A stretch of 64,000 nt of DNA, from positions 1 to 64,000 of IMG/VR virus record IMGVR_UViG_2870609773_000002, one strand, 5' to 3'. The DNA is from a virus (lineage: Duplodnaviria; Caudoviricetes). Under the pieces are notes generated by a model. It was given only the letters and a program-made list of their open reading frames with translations, was not told the origin of the DNA and did not search any database. Shown here one piece after another: positions 18,457 to 27,158 of the stretch (the first letter of the stretch is position 1; every line of letters begins with the position of its first letter). The position numbers and the translations under genes are program-made.

Positions 18457-19458
18457 TCACGCGGTGGGATCGGAAGCGATCACCAGAACACCACGACGCC
18501 GGACGGCCGACCGGCCCCCGGGCAAGTTCACGGCCTTCTGCCCGTGCCAGTGCGTCACCAACCGGTCCAGGGCCCGCACGTGAGTGGCCGACAGCACGCC
18601 GGACGGGGAGCCCGCGGCGATGGCCGCTCGCCGCAGTACCCGTCGTCTTACCGCGTCGGGAAGCTTCTCAAGCTCGGCCACGGCCAGCGTCACCGACTCG
18701 CCGAGGTCGCCTCGTACAGAGTGCTGGTAAGCCGAGTCGGCCCACTCGTCGAGCGCGTCGGCGTCTTCCCGCGCGAGCGCGGCGGTTCGAGCCAGCGCCT
18801 CGATCACCCCCGGCCCCAGCTCTTGCTCCAGGAGTGGAAGGATCTTGTGGCGCACTCGGACGCGTGTGTAGCGCGGGTCGGCGTTGTGTGGGTCGTCCCA
18901 CAGGTCGAGGTTCTGCGCCCGGCAGGCGGCCACGGTGGTAGCCCTGGGAAGGTGCAGGAGGGGGCGCCGGTAGCGTCCCGTCGTGGCCGCCATGCCGGAC
19001 AGGGACCGGGGTCCGCTGCCCCTGGCCAGCCCGAGAAGCACCGTTTCGGCCTGGTCGTCGCGGGTGTGTCCGAGCAGCACGGCCTCTGCGCCATGCCGGT
19101 CGGCTGCCTCGCTGAGCGCGGCATATCGGGCCTCTCGTGCTGCCGCCTCTGGGCCGCCCTCCCCGCCCACGGTAACGGTGAGGACTTCCGAGGGGGTGAG
19201 GCCGAGGTCCGTGCCCAGGGCTGCCACGGTTTCCGCCCTCTGGCGCGAGCCCTCTTGGAGTTGGTGATCCACGGTCAGCAGGCCGGCGCGCAAGCGGAGG
19301 CGGGGGGCGACGAAGGCCAGTGCTGCGGCCAGGGCCAGCGAGTCGGCCCCGCCGCTGCATGCGGTGAGAATGAGCGCGTCCTTCTGGACGTCGGCCAGGG
19401 CTTCGCGGACGGCTCGGCGGACGTCGGCTACGGCTGGATGCGGACCCACATGTGTCAT
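18457..19458 (-). CDS. tilS: tRNA(Ile)-lysidine synthetase
   Basis: [65 protein letters not shown]; 333 aa, no frameshift. Confidence 0.92.
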   Translation of the reverse strand: MTHVGPHPAVADVRRAVREALADVQKDALILTACSGGADSLALAAALAFVAPRLRLRAGLLTVDHQLQEGSRQRAETVAALGTDLGLTPSEVLTVTVGGEGGPEAAAREARYAALSEAADRHGAEAVLLGHTRDDQAETVLLGLARGSGPRSLSGMAATTGRYRRPLLHLPRATTVAACRAQNLDLWDDPHNADPRYTRVRVRHKILPLLEQELGPGVIEALARTAALAREDADALDEWADSAYQHSVRGDLGESVTLAVAELEKLPDAVRRRVLRRAAIAAGSPSGVLSATHVRALDRLVTHWHGQKAVNLPGGRSAVRRRGVLVIASDPTA

Positions 19459-19479
19459 TGTCGTGGATCCGGGTGTCGA

Positions 19480-20013
19480 TCAGTGTGCCTGCGGCTGCTG
19501 GGCGTCGCTCTGCTCCAGGTCGAGCTCGTCCAGGTATGCCTCCATGGCGTCGTTGAGGACGGCCATGCCACCCATCTGCTCCTGGTGGCACGCGGCGACG
19601 AGCCGCGCTCGCGTGTTCCGCTTGAGCCGCACTACGGAGCCTGGTGCAACCGGACGGTCGCGGGGTGTGCCAGGCGGCGGCGGGTTGGGGTCACGGGGCA
19701 CTTTGAGATTGGCCTTGTCGATGGGCTCGGGGAACACGGCCGGGATGGGCGGCTGCAGTGCGTCGCAGTAGGTGTTGATCGCCAGTTCCCACGCTTCCTG
19801 CGGGCCCATGCCCATGTCGTCGAGGGCGGTGGTGAGGCGGTCGTCGATGTCGCTGTACAGGTAGATCGTGGTGGGGACGAGGTTTGTCCAGCGCACTGCG
19901 CGGAGGCGACGTGGCCCACCTCGGCGGGTCGATTGCGGTTCCGCTGGCGGCTGTTGTCCGGCTGCGGAGTCCTCGGATGGGTTGAGCTGAGGTGGCTTCG
20001 GGGCGCGCGGCAT
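19480..20013 (-). CDS. Hypothetical protein, possibly two ribbon-helix-helix-like units
   Basis: TTIYLYSDIDDRL...AWELAINTY and VVRLKRNTRARL...VLNDAMEAYL; co-oriented with tilS. Confidence 0.55.
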   Translation of the reverse strand: MPRAPKPPQLNPSEDSAAGQQPPAEPQSTRRGGPRRLRAVRWTNLVPTTIYLYSDIDDRLTTALDDMGMGPQEAWELAINTYCDALQPPIPAVFPEPIDKANLKVPRDPNPPPPGTPRDRPVAPGSVVRLKRNTRARLVAACHQEQMGGMAVLNDAMEAYLDELDLEQSDAQQPQAH

Positions 20014-20252
20014 ATGGGGCTTCCTGTGTGGTGCGTGGCGTGGTTCAACGGTACGGCGTTTCTGCCGCCGTGTCGTCTTCGACGTGTACTGTAGCGGCCC
20101 GATTACTTTACGTCATTATTGGTTCCCTGATTGTTTATATCGATTCCCTGTATGTACTATCGAAGTGATCGCAGAGCTTCACGATCAACCCTTCGCCACC
20201 TGGTGGCATGCCGCTACCAGCACCAACACCACAACCCGGAAGGGCTCACCGC

Positions 20253-20741
20253 ATGGAAACCCGGCTCTACACTCGCACCAACCCCGACAACGGGCAGATC
20301 GAGATCAAGCACTACGAGATCACTCCCGATGCCCAGCCTGACGAGCCCGGTCCGGTCTTCATGACTCACTTCTGGGGCACCGAAGCTCCGGCCGACTTCT
20401 TCACCGCCCACAGCGACTACGACGACGATGACGTGCTGTGCCTCATGGACCTCTACGGGCGCGAACTCGACGGACCGCTGGACGAATTCCTCGCGGCCAC
20501 CTGGAAAGAGCACGACGCCGAAGGCTGGGTCCTCCTGCCTTCGCTCCCCGAGCCGCACGAGTACACCTGCGCAGGCTCGCCCGTCGCTGTCCTCCGCGCA
20601 GATGGCAGCAACCACATCGAGATCGCTGCCCTGCCCGGCAGTCGCACTGTCGAAGGCAGCCTCGAAAGGATCACTCTCGAAGAGGCCATGGGGCTCATCA
20701 ACAGCCTCACCGACGCCATCGACGAGGAGAAATGGGCATGA
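20253..20741 (+). CDS. Hypothetical protein
   Basis: GGAAGGG SD; follows AT-rich divergent promoter region. Confidence 0.7.
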   Translation: METRLYTRTNPDNGQIEIKHYEITPDAQPDEPGPVFMTHFWGTEAPADFFTAHSDYDDDDVLCLMDLYGRELDGPLDEFLAATWKEHDAEGWVLLPSLPEPHEYTCAGSPVAVLRADGSNHIEIAALPGSRTVEGSLERITLEEAMGLINSLTDAIDEEKWA

Positions 20742-21112
20742 CCGCCCAGCAGTCCGAGCCGGCCCGGCGCCCGCGCGAGGTCTTCCGCTTCGGCTTCTAC
20801 GCGTGGAATATCAGCGCCGCCCTGCGCATCGTCGAGGGTCGCGAACCTGACCGCGTCAACGTCAAGGAGGCCGCCACTCTGCTGTGGCTGATCTACGTGA
20901 ACGAGTCCCACGCCGCCACCGTGGACCTCGCCCAGCCCGTGCTCCTCGCCCCCTTCGCGGGCACCGGCCACATCCCCATCGACGGCTGGCACCGCATCTG
21001 GAAGGCAAGACGTGAAGGCGTCGAGACGCTTCCCGCGCTCGCCCTCACGCCCGAGGAGGAATTCCGGGTCCGGATGCACGGAGGCGACAAAGGCCCTGGC
21101 TATCACCGCTAA
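20738..21112 (+). CDS. Hypothetical protein with ParB/Srx-like IDGWHR motif
   Basis: HIPIDGWHRIWKA. Confidence 0.55.
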   Translation: MTAQQSEPARRPREVFRFGFYAWNISAALRIVEGREPDRVNVKEAATLLWLIYVNESHAATVDLAQPVLLAPFAGTGHIPIDGWHRIWKARREGVETLPALALTPEEEFRVRMHGGDKGPGYHR

Positions 21113-21128
21113 TAGCGGTACCACAATC
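21108..21128 (+). promoter_or_regulatory. Motif A copy 5 (GCTAATAGCGGTACCACAATC)
   Basis: Overlaps TAA stop; upstream of exonuclease. Confidence 0.8.
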
Positions 21129-21180
21129 AGTTTCCCCGCCCGCCCGGGCGGGGAAGCTTCCCCCTCACCTGGAGAAGCAC

Positions 21181-21885
21181 ATGAAGAAGCTCGCCTTCCT
21201 CGACCTTGAGACGACCTCCCTCGACGAACGCCACGGCGACCTCTGGGAGATCGGCCTCATCATGCGAGACCTGCGCCAGCCGATCAGGACCGACGTCGAA
21301 CACTGGTGGCAGGTCCGCCCGGACCTGACGCTCGCCGACCCGAAGGCGCTGGAGGTCGGCCGCTACTACGAGCGGTGCCGGGTCAGGCGCTCGTCCATCG
21401 GTGCCGGCCGGAAGCTCTCACCCGCCATCAACCTCGGTAGCCCGTGGATCCACGAGTACACCGGCGAGCCCCCGGCCGAGGGCGACTGGTACATGAGCGC
21501 CACCGCCGGAAGCATCGCCGCCACGGTCGCCCGAGAGCTGGACGGCGCCACGATCGTCGCCAACAATCCGACCCACGACCGCAAGTTCCTGGCGAAGTTC
21601 CTGCGGGTCCACGGGCAGCTCCTCACCGCCCACCATCGCATGATCGACATCCGCGCCCTGCTGATCGGCTACGTTGACGGCCGGCTGTCCGCCTACGACG
21701 GCAAGGTGGACGAGGCGTTCGAGGCTGAGGCCGTCCCGTACGTCGATGACTGGCTGGCCGGCTACATGGACAGCCCGTCCTGGGAGATCGTCGGCATCGC
21801 CCAGGACCCGGGTACGAAGCACACCGCGCTCGGCGACGCCCGCCTCGACCGCGACGTGTACGACGCCATCCGGAGCAGCCGATGA
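21181..21885 (+). CDS. DEDDh 3'-5' exonuclease (DnaQ-like)
   Basis: FLDLETT, ANNPTHD, HTALGDA. Confidence 0.85.
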   Translation: MKKLAFLDLETTSLDERHGDLWEIGLIMRDLRQPIRTDVEHWWQVRPDLTLADPKALEVGRYYERCRVRRSSIGAGRKLSPAINLGSPWIHEYTGEPPAEGDWYMSATAGSIAATVARELDGATIVANNPTHDRKFLAKFLRVHGQLLTAHHRMIDIRALLIGYVDGRLSAYDGKVDEAFEAEAVPYVDDWLAGYMDSPSWEIVGIAQDPGTKHTALGDARLDRDVYDAIRSSR

Positions 21886-22190
21886 CCGCCACCGTGAGCG
21901 GCATCCTGACCGCCGCCGCGGACCGCATCGAGAGCAGCGGATGGGCCTCGCACTACCAGCAGCCAGGCGTTTCGATCTGCGACGCCATCGCGCTGGAGGT
22001 CCGTGACGTGCCTGGTCCCAACAAGCTGAAAGCAGCGCTCCTCAACGCGGCCTTCGCCGCACTCCAACACCACATCGAACCGGCAGGGATGTCCGACTGG
22101 CTTCGTGACCCCGACCGTACTCAGGCCGAGGTCGTTGCGGCTCTCCGGGAGGCCGCCGAGCGAGCCCCGGAGGAAGGACATACCCCGTGA
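21882..22190 (+). CDS. Hypothetical phage protein
   Basis: ATGA overlap; W..DPDRTQAEVVAALREAA. Confidence 0.7.
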   Translation: MTATVSGILTAAADRIESSGWASHYQQPGVSICDAIALEVRDVPGPNKLKAALLNAAFAALQHHIEPAGMSDWLRDPDRTQAEVVAALREAAERAPEEGHTP

Positions 22191-22516
22191 TCACAGGATG
22201 GGACGCTCTCTCCCTGATCTGGGCATGCGGCGTCGCCTACACCGCGCCGCGCATCCTCAAGCGGTGGTCGCTCATCACCACCTGCGACCCCATCGACCTG
22301 TGCCAGGGCTGCCGCGACGAGCGCAGACAGGTCATGCAGGACGCCATGGTCTACGACGTCATGGGGCCTGCGGGCGGCGCCCTGCAAGTCCTGATAGAGG
22401 CGTTCATCTGGTACCTCAAGCCGTTCGTCCCCGCCCTCCGCAAGCTCGCCGGGCGTGAGCCGCTTCCCACCTGCTCGAAGGGCCCATGCCTGGCTTACAC
22501 CCGCAGGCGGGCGTAA
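22187..22516 (+). CDS. Hypothetical protein
   Basis: GTGA overlap, GGAAGGA SD. Confidence 0.6.
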   Translation: MITGWDALSLIWACGVAYTAPRILKRWSLITTCDPIDLCQGCRDERRQVMQDAMVYDVMGPAGGALQVLIEAFIWYLKPFVPALRKLAGREPLPTCSKGPCLAYTRRRA

Positions 22517-22564
22517 GCCACAGCGTCACCCACTCCACCTCTCCCTACACCGAAAGGAATCATC

Positions 22565-22780
22565 ATGAAGCCCACCATCCGCGTCGTCGTCTGCCTGATG
22601 GCGCTGCTGCTCATGCTGGCAATGTGGCTGACCTTCGCCTATCTGATGAAGGACACCGGCCTGATCACCTGGATCCTTGGCCTCGGCCTGGTCGCGGTGC
22701 TCATCATGGGCAACTGGATCACCGACCTGGCGGCCGACCAGCCGGCCGCGCGCGAGCCCGCGCAGGACGGTGAGAAGTGA
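22565..22780 (+). CDS. Small 2-TM membrane protein
   Basis: GAAAGGA SD; two hydrophobic helices. Confidence 0.7.
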   Translation: MKPTIRVVVCLMALLLMLAMWLTFAYLMKDTGLITWILGLGLVAVLIMGNWITDLAADQPAAREPAQDGEK

Positions 22781-22885
22781 TGGCTGTTGACTTCAGCCCC
22801 CTCGGAGTCACCGACGACCAAGCGCGCGACCTCTTCAAGCTCGGCGCGGCGTAGGCTGGTCCCGCGTATCTGCACACATACGCGG

Positions 22886-22917
22886 AAAGCCCCGGCGCCT
22901 GCTGGCGCCGGGGCTTT
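22886..22917. terminator. Bidirectional intrinsic terminator-like hairpin
   Basis: AAAGCCCCGGCGCC-TGCT-GGCGCCGGGGCTTT. Confidence 0.8.
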
Positions 22918-22984
22918 CTTCTCTCCGGGCGGCTCGTTGAGTCCCCATGTGTCTATAAAGGTTCCCAACATGTATGCTTCGGCC

Positions 22985-23470
22985 ATGACGAAACGAGGCC
23001 CCCGCGGGCCGGTGCCGATCTACCAGGTGATCATCAAGGCCATCAAGGACGACATCGCCGCCGGCACGCTGAGGCCCGGTCAAGCCCTGCCCACAGAGGC
23101 CGAGATGTGCACCATTCACCAGGCGTCGCGACTGACGGTGCGCAGAGCCCTGGAGGTCCTGCGCGAGGAAGACGTCATCTACACCGTTCGCGCCGAAGGG
23201 TCCTACGTGGGGCCCCGCGACGCCCCGCAGATCCGCGAGCCGTGGGAGTTCGAGAAGATCGCGTCCGAGTTCGCCGACCGCATCAAGCGGGGCGACCTCA
23301 AGCCGGATGAGGTGCTCCCCTCGCAGTCGGAGCTAATCGAGCAGTACGGCGTGGCCAAGAAGACCGCCCGTGCCGCCATGGCCTTGCTGCGAGATCAGGG
23401 GTGGGTGTACACGGTGCCCACGATCGGAACGTTCGTTGCAAGCCGCGATAAATGGCCTACGGAGAGTTGA
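22985..23470 (+). CDS. Tandem GntR winged-HTH regulator
   Basis: LPTEAEM...SRLTVRRAL...GSYV and LPSQSEL...AKKTARAAM...GTFV; no effector domain. Confidence 0.85.
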   Translation: MTKRGPRGPVPIYQVIIKAIKDDIAAGTLRPGQALPTEAEMCTIHQASRLTVRRALEVLREEDVIYTVRAEGSYVGPRDAPQIREPWEFEKIASEFADRIKRGDLKPDEVLPSQSELIEQYGVAKKTARAAMALLRDQGWVYTVPTIGTFVASRDKWPTES

Positions 23471-23550
23471 CCTTAGCGATTGCTGAGAATGGCCTCGGCG
23501 CGCGATGTAGCCAATAGGTAGACACGGCTGCGTCGCGTGCCACTTTTATG

Positions 23551-23799
23551 TCAGCGACCGGAGCTGACCTGCTCTAACGCTGCGGCATATATATGCGCAG
23601 GGGTCGTGACGCCATTGACACGCGGCCGCCGGCGAGCGATCAGGGCCATCGCCGCGCAGGCCGCCAGGCAAGCGCCTGCCATGACGACGATGTCGATACC
23701 GCCGAGCCTGTCGGTGAGGACGACGTGGACAACGGCTGCGCCAAACACCAGGTTGCCGACGACGAAGGCCGCCACGAGGGCCGCCACCGCTCGGTTCAT
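23551..23799 (-). CDS. Small membrane protein
   Basis: Two hydrophobic helices; divergent from peptide gene. Confidence 0.5.
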   Translation of the reverse strand: MNRAVAALVAAFVVGNLVFGAAVVHVVLTDRLGGIDIVVMAGACLAACAAMALIARRRPRVNGVTTPAHIYAAALEQVSSGR

Positions 23800-24095
23800 G
23801 TTTCCGCCTTTCTCTCGTGATTGATTGCCAGAGCGTTCTATCATCCCCGTCCGACAAGTGCGCACATCACCCGGGGTGCCCGCCCGGCCGACGCGTCGGT
23901 AACACATCCGTAATCTGGCAAGCTCCCGTGTCATAGAAGTGCCATGTCGCCAAGATGCTGCCCGAAAATGTAGACAATCCCGCGAGAAAGGACTTTTATG
24001 GTCACTCCATGACGTGACGCCTCGGAGTGACAAAAAGTCAACTGGGCGTCCGTATCCCTTGCGTTCGTATCGTTCCAACCCCTGGGGGTTCCACC

Positions 24096-24287
24096 ATGTC
24101 CAAGCTCATGGGAGCGCTCACGCGCCTGACCACGTACGCCATTGCCGTCGCCGCGGCCGGCCTGTTCCTGTCGGCGCCCAGCGTCGCCTACGCCGACGAG
24201 GCCATCCCGGCCGACACTCCGTCCAGCCCTCTCGTAAGCGAGACGCCCGCTGAGTCGGTGCAGTCCATCCACTTCGGCGGCATGTAG
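24096..24287 (+). CDS. Small secreted peptide precursor (63 aa)
   Basis: GGGGGT SD; Sec-type signal ending AYA, then 30-aa acidic tail DEAIPADTPSSPLVSETPAESVQSIHFGGM. Confidence 0.7.
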   Translation: MSKLMGALTRLTTYAIAVAAAGLFLSAPSVAYADEAIPADTPSSPLVSETPAESVQSIHFGGM

Positions 24288-24337
24288 TCGCAGCACACGG
24301 CCAGGATGACGGTAAGGACCAGCCAGTACGGAGACTC

Positions 24338-24625
24338 ATGATCTGCCACGCCATCCGCATGTGGCTTCTGAACCTGACAGCGATGTCAGTCACGGCCTGG
24401 GCAATGACCGCCTTCGCGTTGTTCATTCTGTACGCGGATAGAGCAAGCGCCGCCGTGTACGCCCTGGTGGGCCTGTGGGCAGCCGCAGTGCCCATCCCCG
24501 TCACCATCACGCTCATCCGATGGTGGCAGCGGGTGCGTGTGGCCCGCAGGGTGCACCGCCTCGCCGAAGAACACAAACGTTTGTTCGAGACCATGTGTGG
24601 GGAGATCAGCTCAGGCGTGCGCTGA
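24338..24625 (+). CDS. Small 2-TM membrane protein
   Basis: GGAG SD; two hydrophobic stretches and basic C-tail. Confidence 0.6.
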   Translation: MICHAIRMWLLNLTAMSVTAWAMTAFALFILYADRASAAVYALVGLWAAAVPIPVTITLIRWWQRVRVARRVHRLAEEHKRLFETMCGEISSGVR

Positions 24626-24663
24626 CTACTCACAGCCGCGCCATCATCGGGGAAGGAAACGAC

Positions 24664-25617
24664 GTGCCACACCGGATCGCCGGCCTCAGCCTTGAGCAGG
24701 AGCGCCTCTACCGGCACCTGCTCGCCACCGGGCCCACCAGCATCCACGTGTTGGAGGGGCAGTTCGGGCGCGAGGTCTACGCGAGCCTGTACGAACTGAC
24801 CGTCCGAGGCCTCGTGCACGGCAACCCCTTGATGGCGCGGCGCCCCTCGGTCGCCATGAACGGCGTCCTCATGGCGCAGGCCGCAGAGCTTCAGCGGATC
24901 CAGTCGTACGTGGAAGAACTTGATCACATCTACGAGACGGGGCACCCGCCCGAGGGGGGTGACGCGGTAACCCCGCTGGTGAGCCGTGAGCAGATCCAGC
25001 ACTGGTTCGAGACGCTGACCGTCACGGCCGAACACGAGATCCAGCAGTTCATCACTCACCCGTTCCTCCCGCTCGCGCCGTCTGGGAGGACCGATTCAAA
25101 TTCTCGTTTGGATCTTGTAAACCATCCGGCGAAGTGTCGCGTCATCGTTGAGTGGAAGACCTTCCAGAGCCAGCCCGCCATCAACGGCCTGCATCACTCC
25201 CTCGACCGAGGGTGCGAAATCAGGCTTGCCGACAGGCTGCCGCACAAGCTGCTGATCGGAGACCGACGCATGGCCATGACGCCCCGCTATCCGCGGGACC
25301 ACACCGTCAGGCAGATGCTGCTCGTGCACCCGGGCACGCTGGTGGACTTCCTCGTCGAGGTCTTCGAGGCCGAATGGGAGCGGGCTCTCCCGCTCACGCC
25401 GGACCCTGCCAAATTCTCCGGCCTCGGCAAGCTGGAGCCCAGTGAGATGGTCATCGTGGAAATGCTGGTCGGCGGCGCACACGTCGATCGCATCGCCAGC
25501 GCTCTTGGAGTGCATCCCCGCACGGTCAATCGCAGGCTCGAAGACCTGAAGCGCAAGGCCAACGCCACCACCCTGTTCCAGCTCGGCGCCTACGCGTCGC
25601 GTCACTGGCTGAACTGA
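24664..25617 (+). CDS. TrmB-N / PLD-like / LuxR-HTH transcriptional regulator
   Basis: N-terminal wHTH, LPHKLLIGD, C-terminal IASALGVHPRTVNRRLEDLKRK; GGAAGGA SD + GTG. Confidence 0.8.
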   Translation: MPHRIAGLSLEQERLYRHLLATGPTSIHVLEGQFGREVYASLYELTVRGLVHGNPLMARRPSVAMNGVLMAQAAELQRIQSYVEELDHIYETGHPPEGGDAVTPLVSREQIQHWFETLTVTAEHEIQQFITHPFLPLAPSGRTDSNSRLDLVNHPAKCRVIVEWKTFQSQPAINGLHHSLDRGCEIRLADRLPHKLLIGDRRMAMTPRYPRDHTVRQMLLVHPGTLVDFLVEVFEAEWERALPLTPDPAKFSGLGKLEPSEMVIVEMLVGGAHVDRIASALGVHPRTVNRRLEDLKRKANATTLFQLGAYASRHWLN

Positions 25618-25620
25618 GCG

Positions 25621-26145
25621 CTACTCCGGCCGGAAGATCCGAAGCTGAGCTTCTGTCGCGTTCAGGGTCGCCTCGATCTGGGCCAGCATGATCGTCTCTA
25701 TCTGGCGGCGCTGGTCGCCTGGAACGCCCTTCAGGCCGCGTATCTGTTGCAGCATCGCCTGAAGTCTTTGCTGCACATGTTCAGGAGTTACGTCTGCGTC
25801 GATCGCCGCCAGTGCGGGGTCCGTCTTGGTCCGCTCGCGGATCCAATCGCGGAACAGTGCGGCCGCCCCAGGCCGGCCGCGCTCGTACAGGTCGTCCGGG
25901 GTGATGGTGGCTTCGTGTGCCAGGTCGGTGATGGCGGCGGCCATGAGTACGAGTTCGCGGTCTTCCGGGACCTTCTCGCCGGACTCGATGCGTCGCCATG
26001 TCGGCTCGGACAACGCGTCGCCGGCCAACTCCTTCGCGCGTGCGGCGGCGGCGCGAGTGGAGATGCGCTTCTTGAGCCCTCCCGGGTTGTTGCGACGTTC
26101 AATGAGGAACTGAACCACTTCTGAAGGCTTGTTGAGGTCGGCCAC
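25621..26145 (-). CDS. XRE-family immunity repressor candidate
   Basis: ISTRAAAARA...LSEPTWRRIESG HTH; divergent from recombination operon. Confidence 0.7.
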   Translation of the reverse strand: MADLNKPSEVVQFLIERRNNPGGLKKRISTRAAAARAKELAGDALSEPTWRRIESGEKVPEDRELVLMAAAITDLAHEATITPDDLYERGRPGAAALFRDWIRERTKTDPALAAIDADVTPEHVQQRLQAMLQQIRGLKGVPGDQRRQIETIMLAQIEATLNATEAQLRIFRPE

Positions 26146-26429
26146 GGCGAGTCAGAGGTCCTTTCGCGGCGTTTGATGCGTCATACGAGTCTGGCGCAAC
26201 GGTATCAACTGAAGCGTCGGCTTGGGTTATGTCAGCGCAAAGACGTTGATTACGCTCCGTGACATATGCGAGGTAGCTGCGATGACGCAGAAGACGCGTC
26301 AGACGTTGCATGATGCGTCACGAAGCGATAGTGTCGGTTATGTCGGTCCGATTGTGCACACCCGAAAGGGAAACGCACTGACAAAACGCCCGACAAACCA
26401 AACCCCAAGCCACGGAGCGTCATATCGCC
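26146..26429. promoter_or_regulatory. Divergent promoter / genetic switch region with motif B
   Basis: TGATGCGTCA at 26174 and 26311, AAGACGCGTCAGACG at 26291, GGTTATGTC at 26225 and 26336. Confidence 0.65.
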
Positions 26430-26735
26430 ATGCCCAACGGCATCCTCCGCTGGGAAGACCCAGCGCCCGTCAGAACTCGCACCAACAAGGAGTACGAGCC
26501 TGTAGCCGCCGAACTGCAAGCCCGCCCCAACGAGTGGGCGGTCATCGCAGAGAACCCCGACACCCCCGAAGGCAGGCGTGACGCCAACCGCCTGTTCAAC
26601 GCCGTCAAGAACGGCTACCGAGGCTGGAACAACGACGACGGCGGCACGTTCGAGGCCACCACCCGCACCGTCACCAAGAACGGCGGAGCCAAGGTCATCC
26701 TCGTTCACGTGCAGTACGTCCCCGCCAGCTCATAG
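26430..26735 (+). CDS. Hypothetical phage protein
   Basis: First gene of rightward operon. Confidence 0.7.
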   Translation: MPNGILRWEDPAPVRTRTNKEYEPVAAELQARPNEWAVIAENPDTPEGRRDANRLFNAVKNGYRGWNNDDGGTFEATTRTVTKNGGAKVILVHVQYVPASS

Positions 26736-26748
26736 CGGTACCGCAGTC
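26728..26748 (+). promoter_or_regulatory. Motif A copy 6 (GCTCATAGCGGTACCGCAGTC)
   Basis: Overlaps TAG stop. Confidence 0.75.
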
Positions 26749-26751
26749 AGC

Positions 26752-26958
26752 ATGACCAACACCACGCAAGCGCCGACTCTCGACGACCTGGTGCAGCTCA
26801 TCGCCACAAGAGCTGCCGCGCACTGGAACTCCGATGCCAAGTCCGCGCTCACCCGTCTGCTCGCCGACGTCCTCGGCGACTACGACGCCGCTTACCAGCT
26901 CGTCGAGGAGACCGGCCGAAAGCTCCTGGCCGCCGAATACGAAGAGGACCCCCAATGA
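26752..26958 (+). CDS. Small hypothetical protein
   Basis: Overlaps next start. Confidence 0.6.
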   Translation: MTNTTQAPTLDDLVQLIATRAAAHWNSDAKSALTRLLADVLGDYDAAYQLVEETGRKLLAAEYEEDPQ

Positions 26959-27158
26959 CCCCACCGAGCCCCGCGCTCCCAACCGAAGCGGAGCTGACCG
27001 ACTACCTCGTCGCTCTCAAGACCGACAACCCTCAGTCCACGCCGAGCCGGCCAAGCTACCGCGGCGGGCCCGTGCTCGACCCGATGACCGAGGACGAGTA
27101 CCGGTTCGGCTGGTTCGGCCAGGCCGACTATGACGGGCACCTCGGCGGTGGCGCGTGA
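26955..27158 (+). CDS. Small hypothetical protein
   Basis: GAGGA SD; overlaps. Confidence 0.6.
   Translation: MTPPSPALPTEAELTDYLVALKTDNPQSTPSRPSYRGGPVLDPMTEDEYRFGWFGQADYDGHLGGGA

Noticed and set aside
18457-19458. tilS marks a prophage boundary or host DNA
   Set aside because: Phage-type genes and motif A copies continue on both sides; no hpt or ftsH.
24258-24287. Peptide end SIHFGGM resembles tachykinin FxGLM
   Set aside because: Short chance similarity; no amidation signal and no plausible link.
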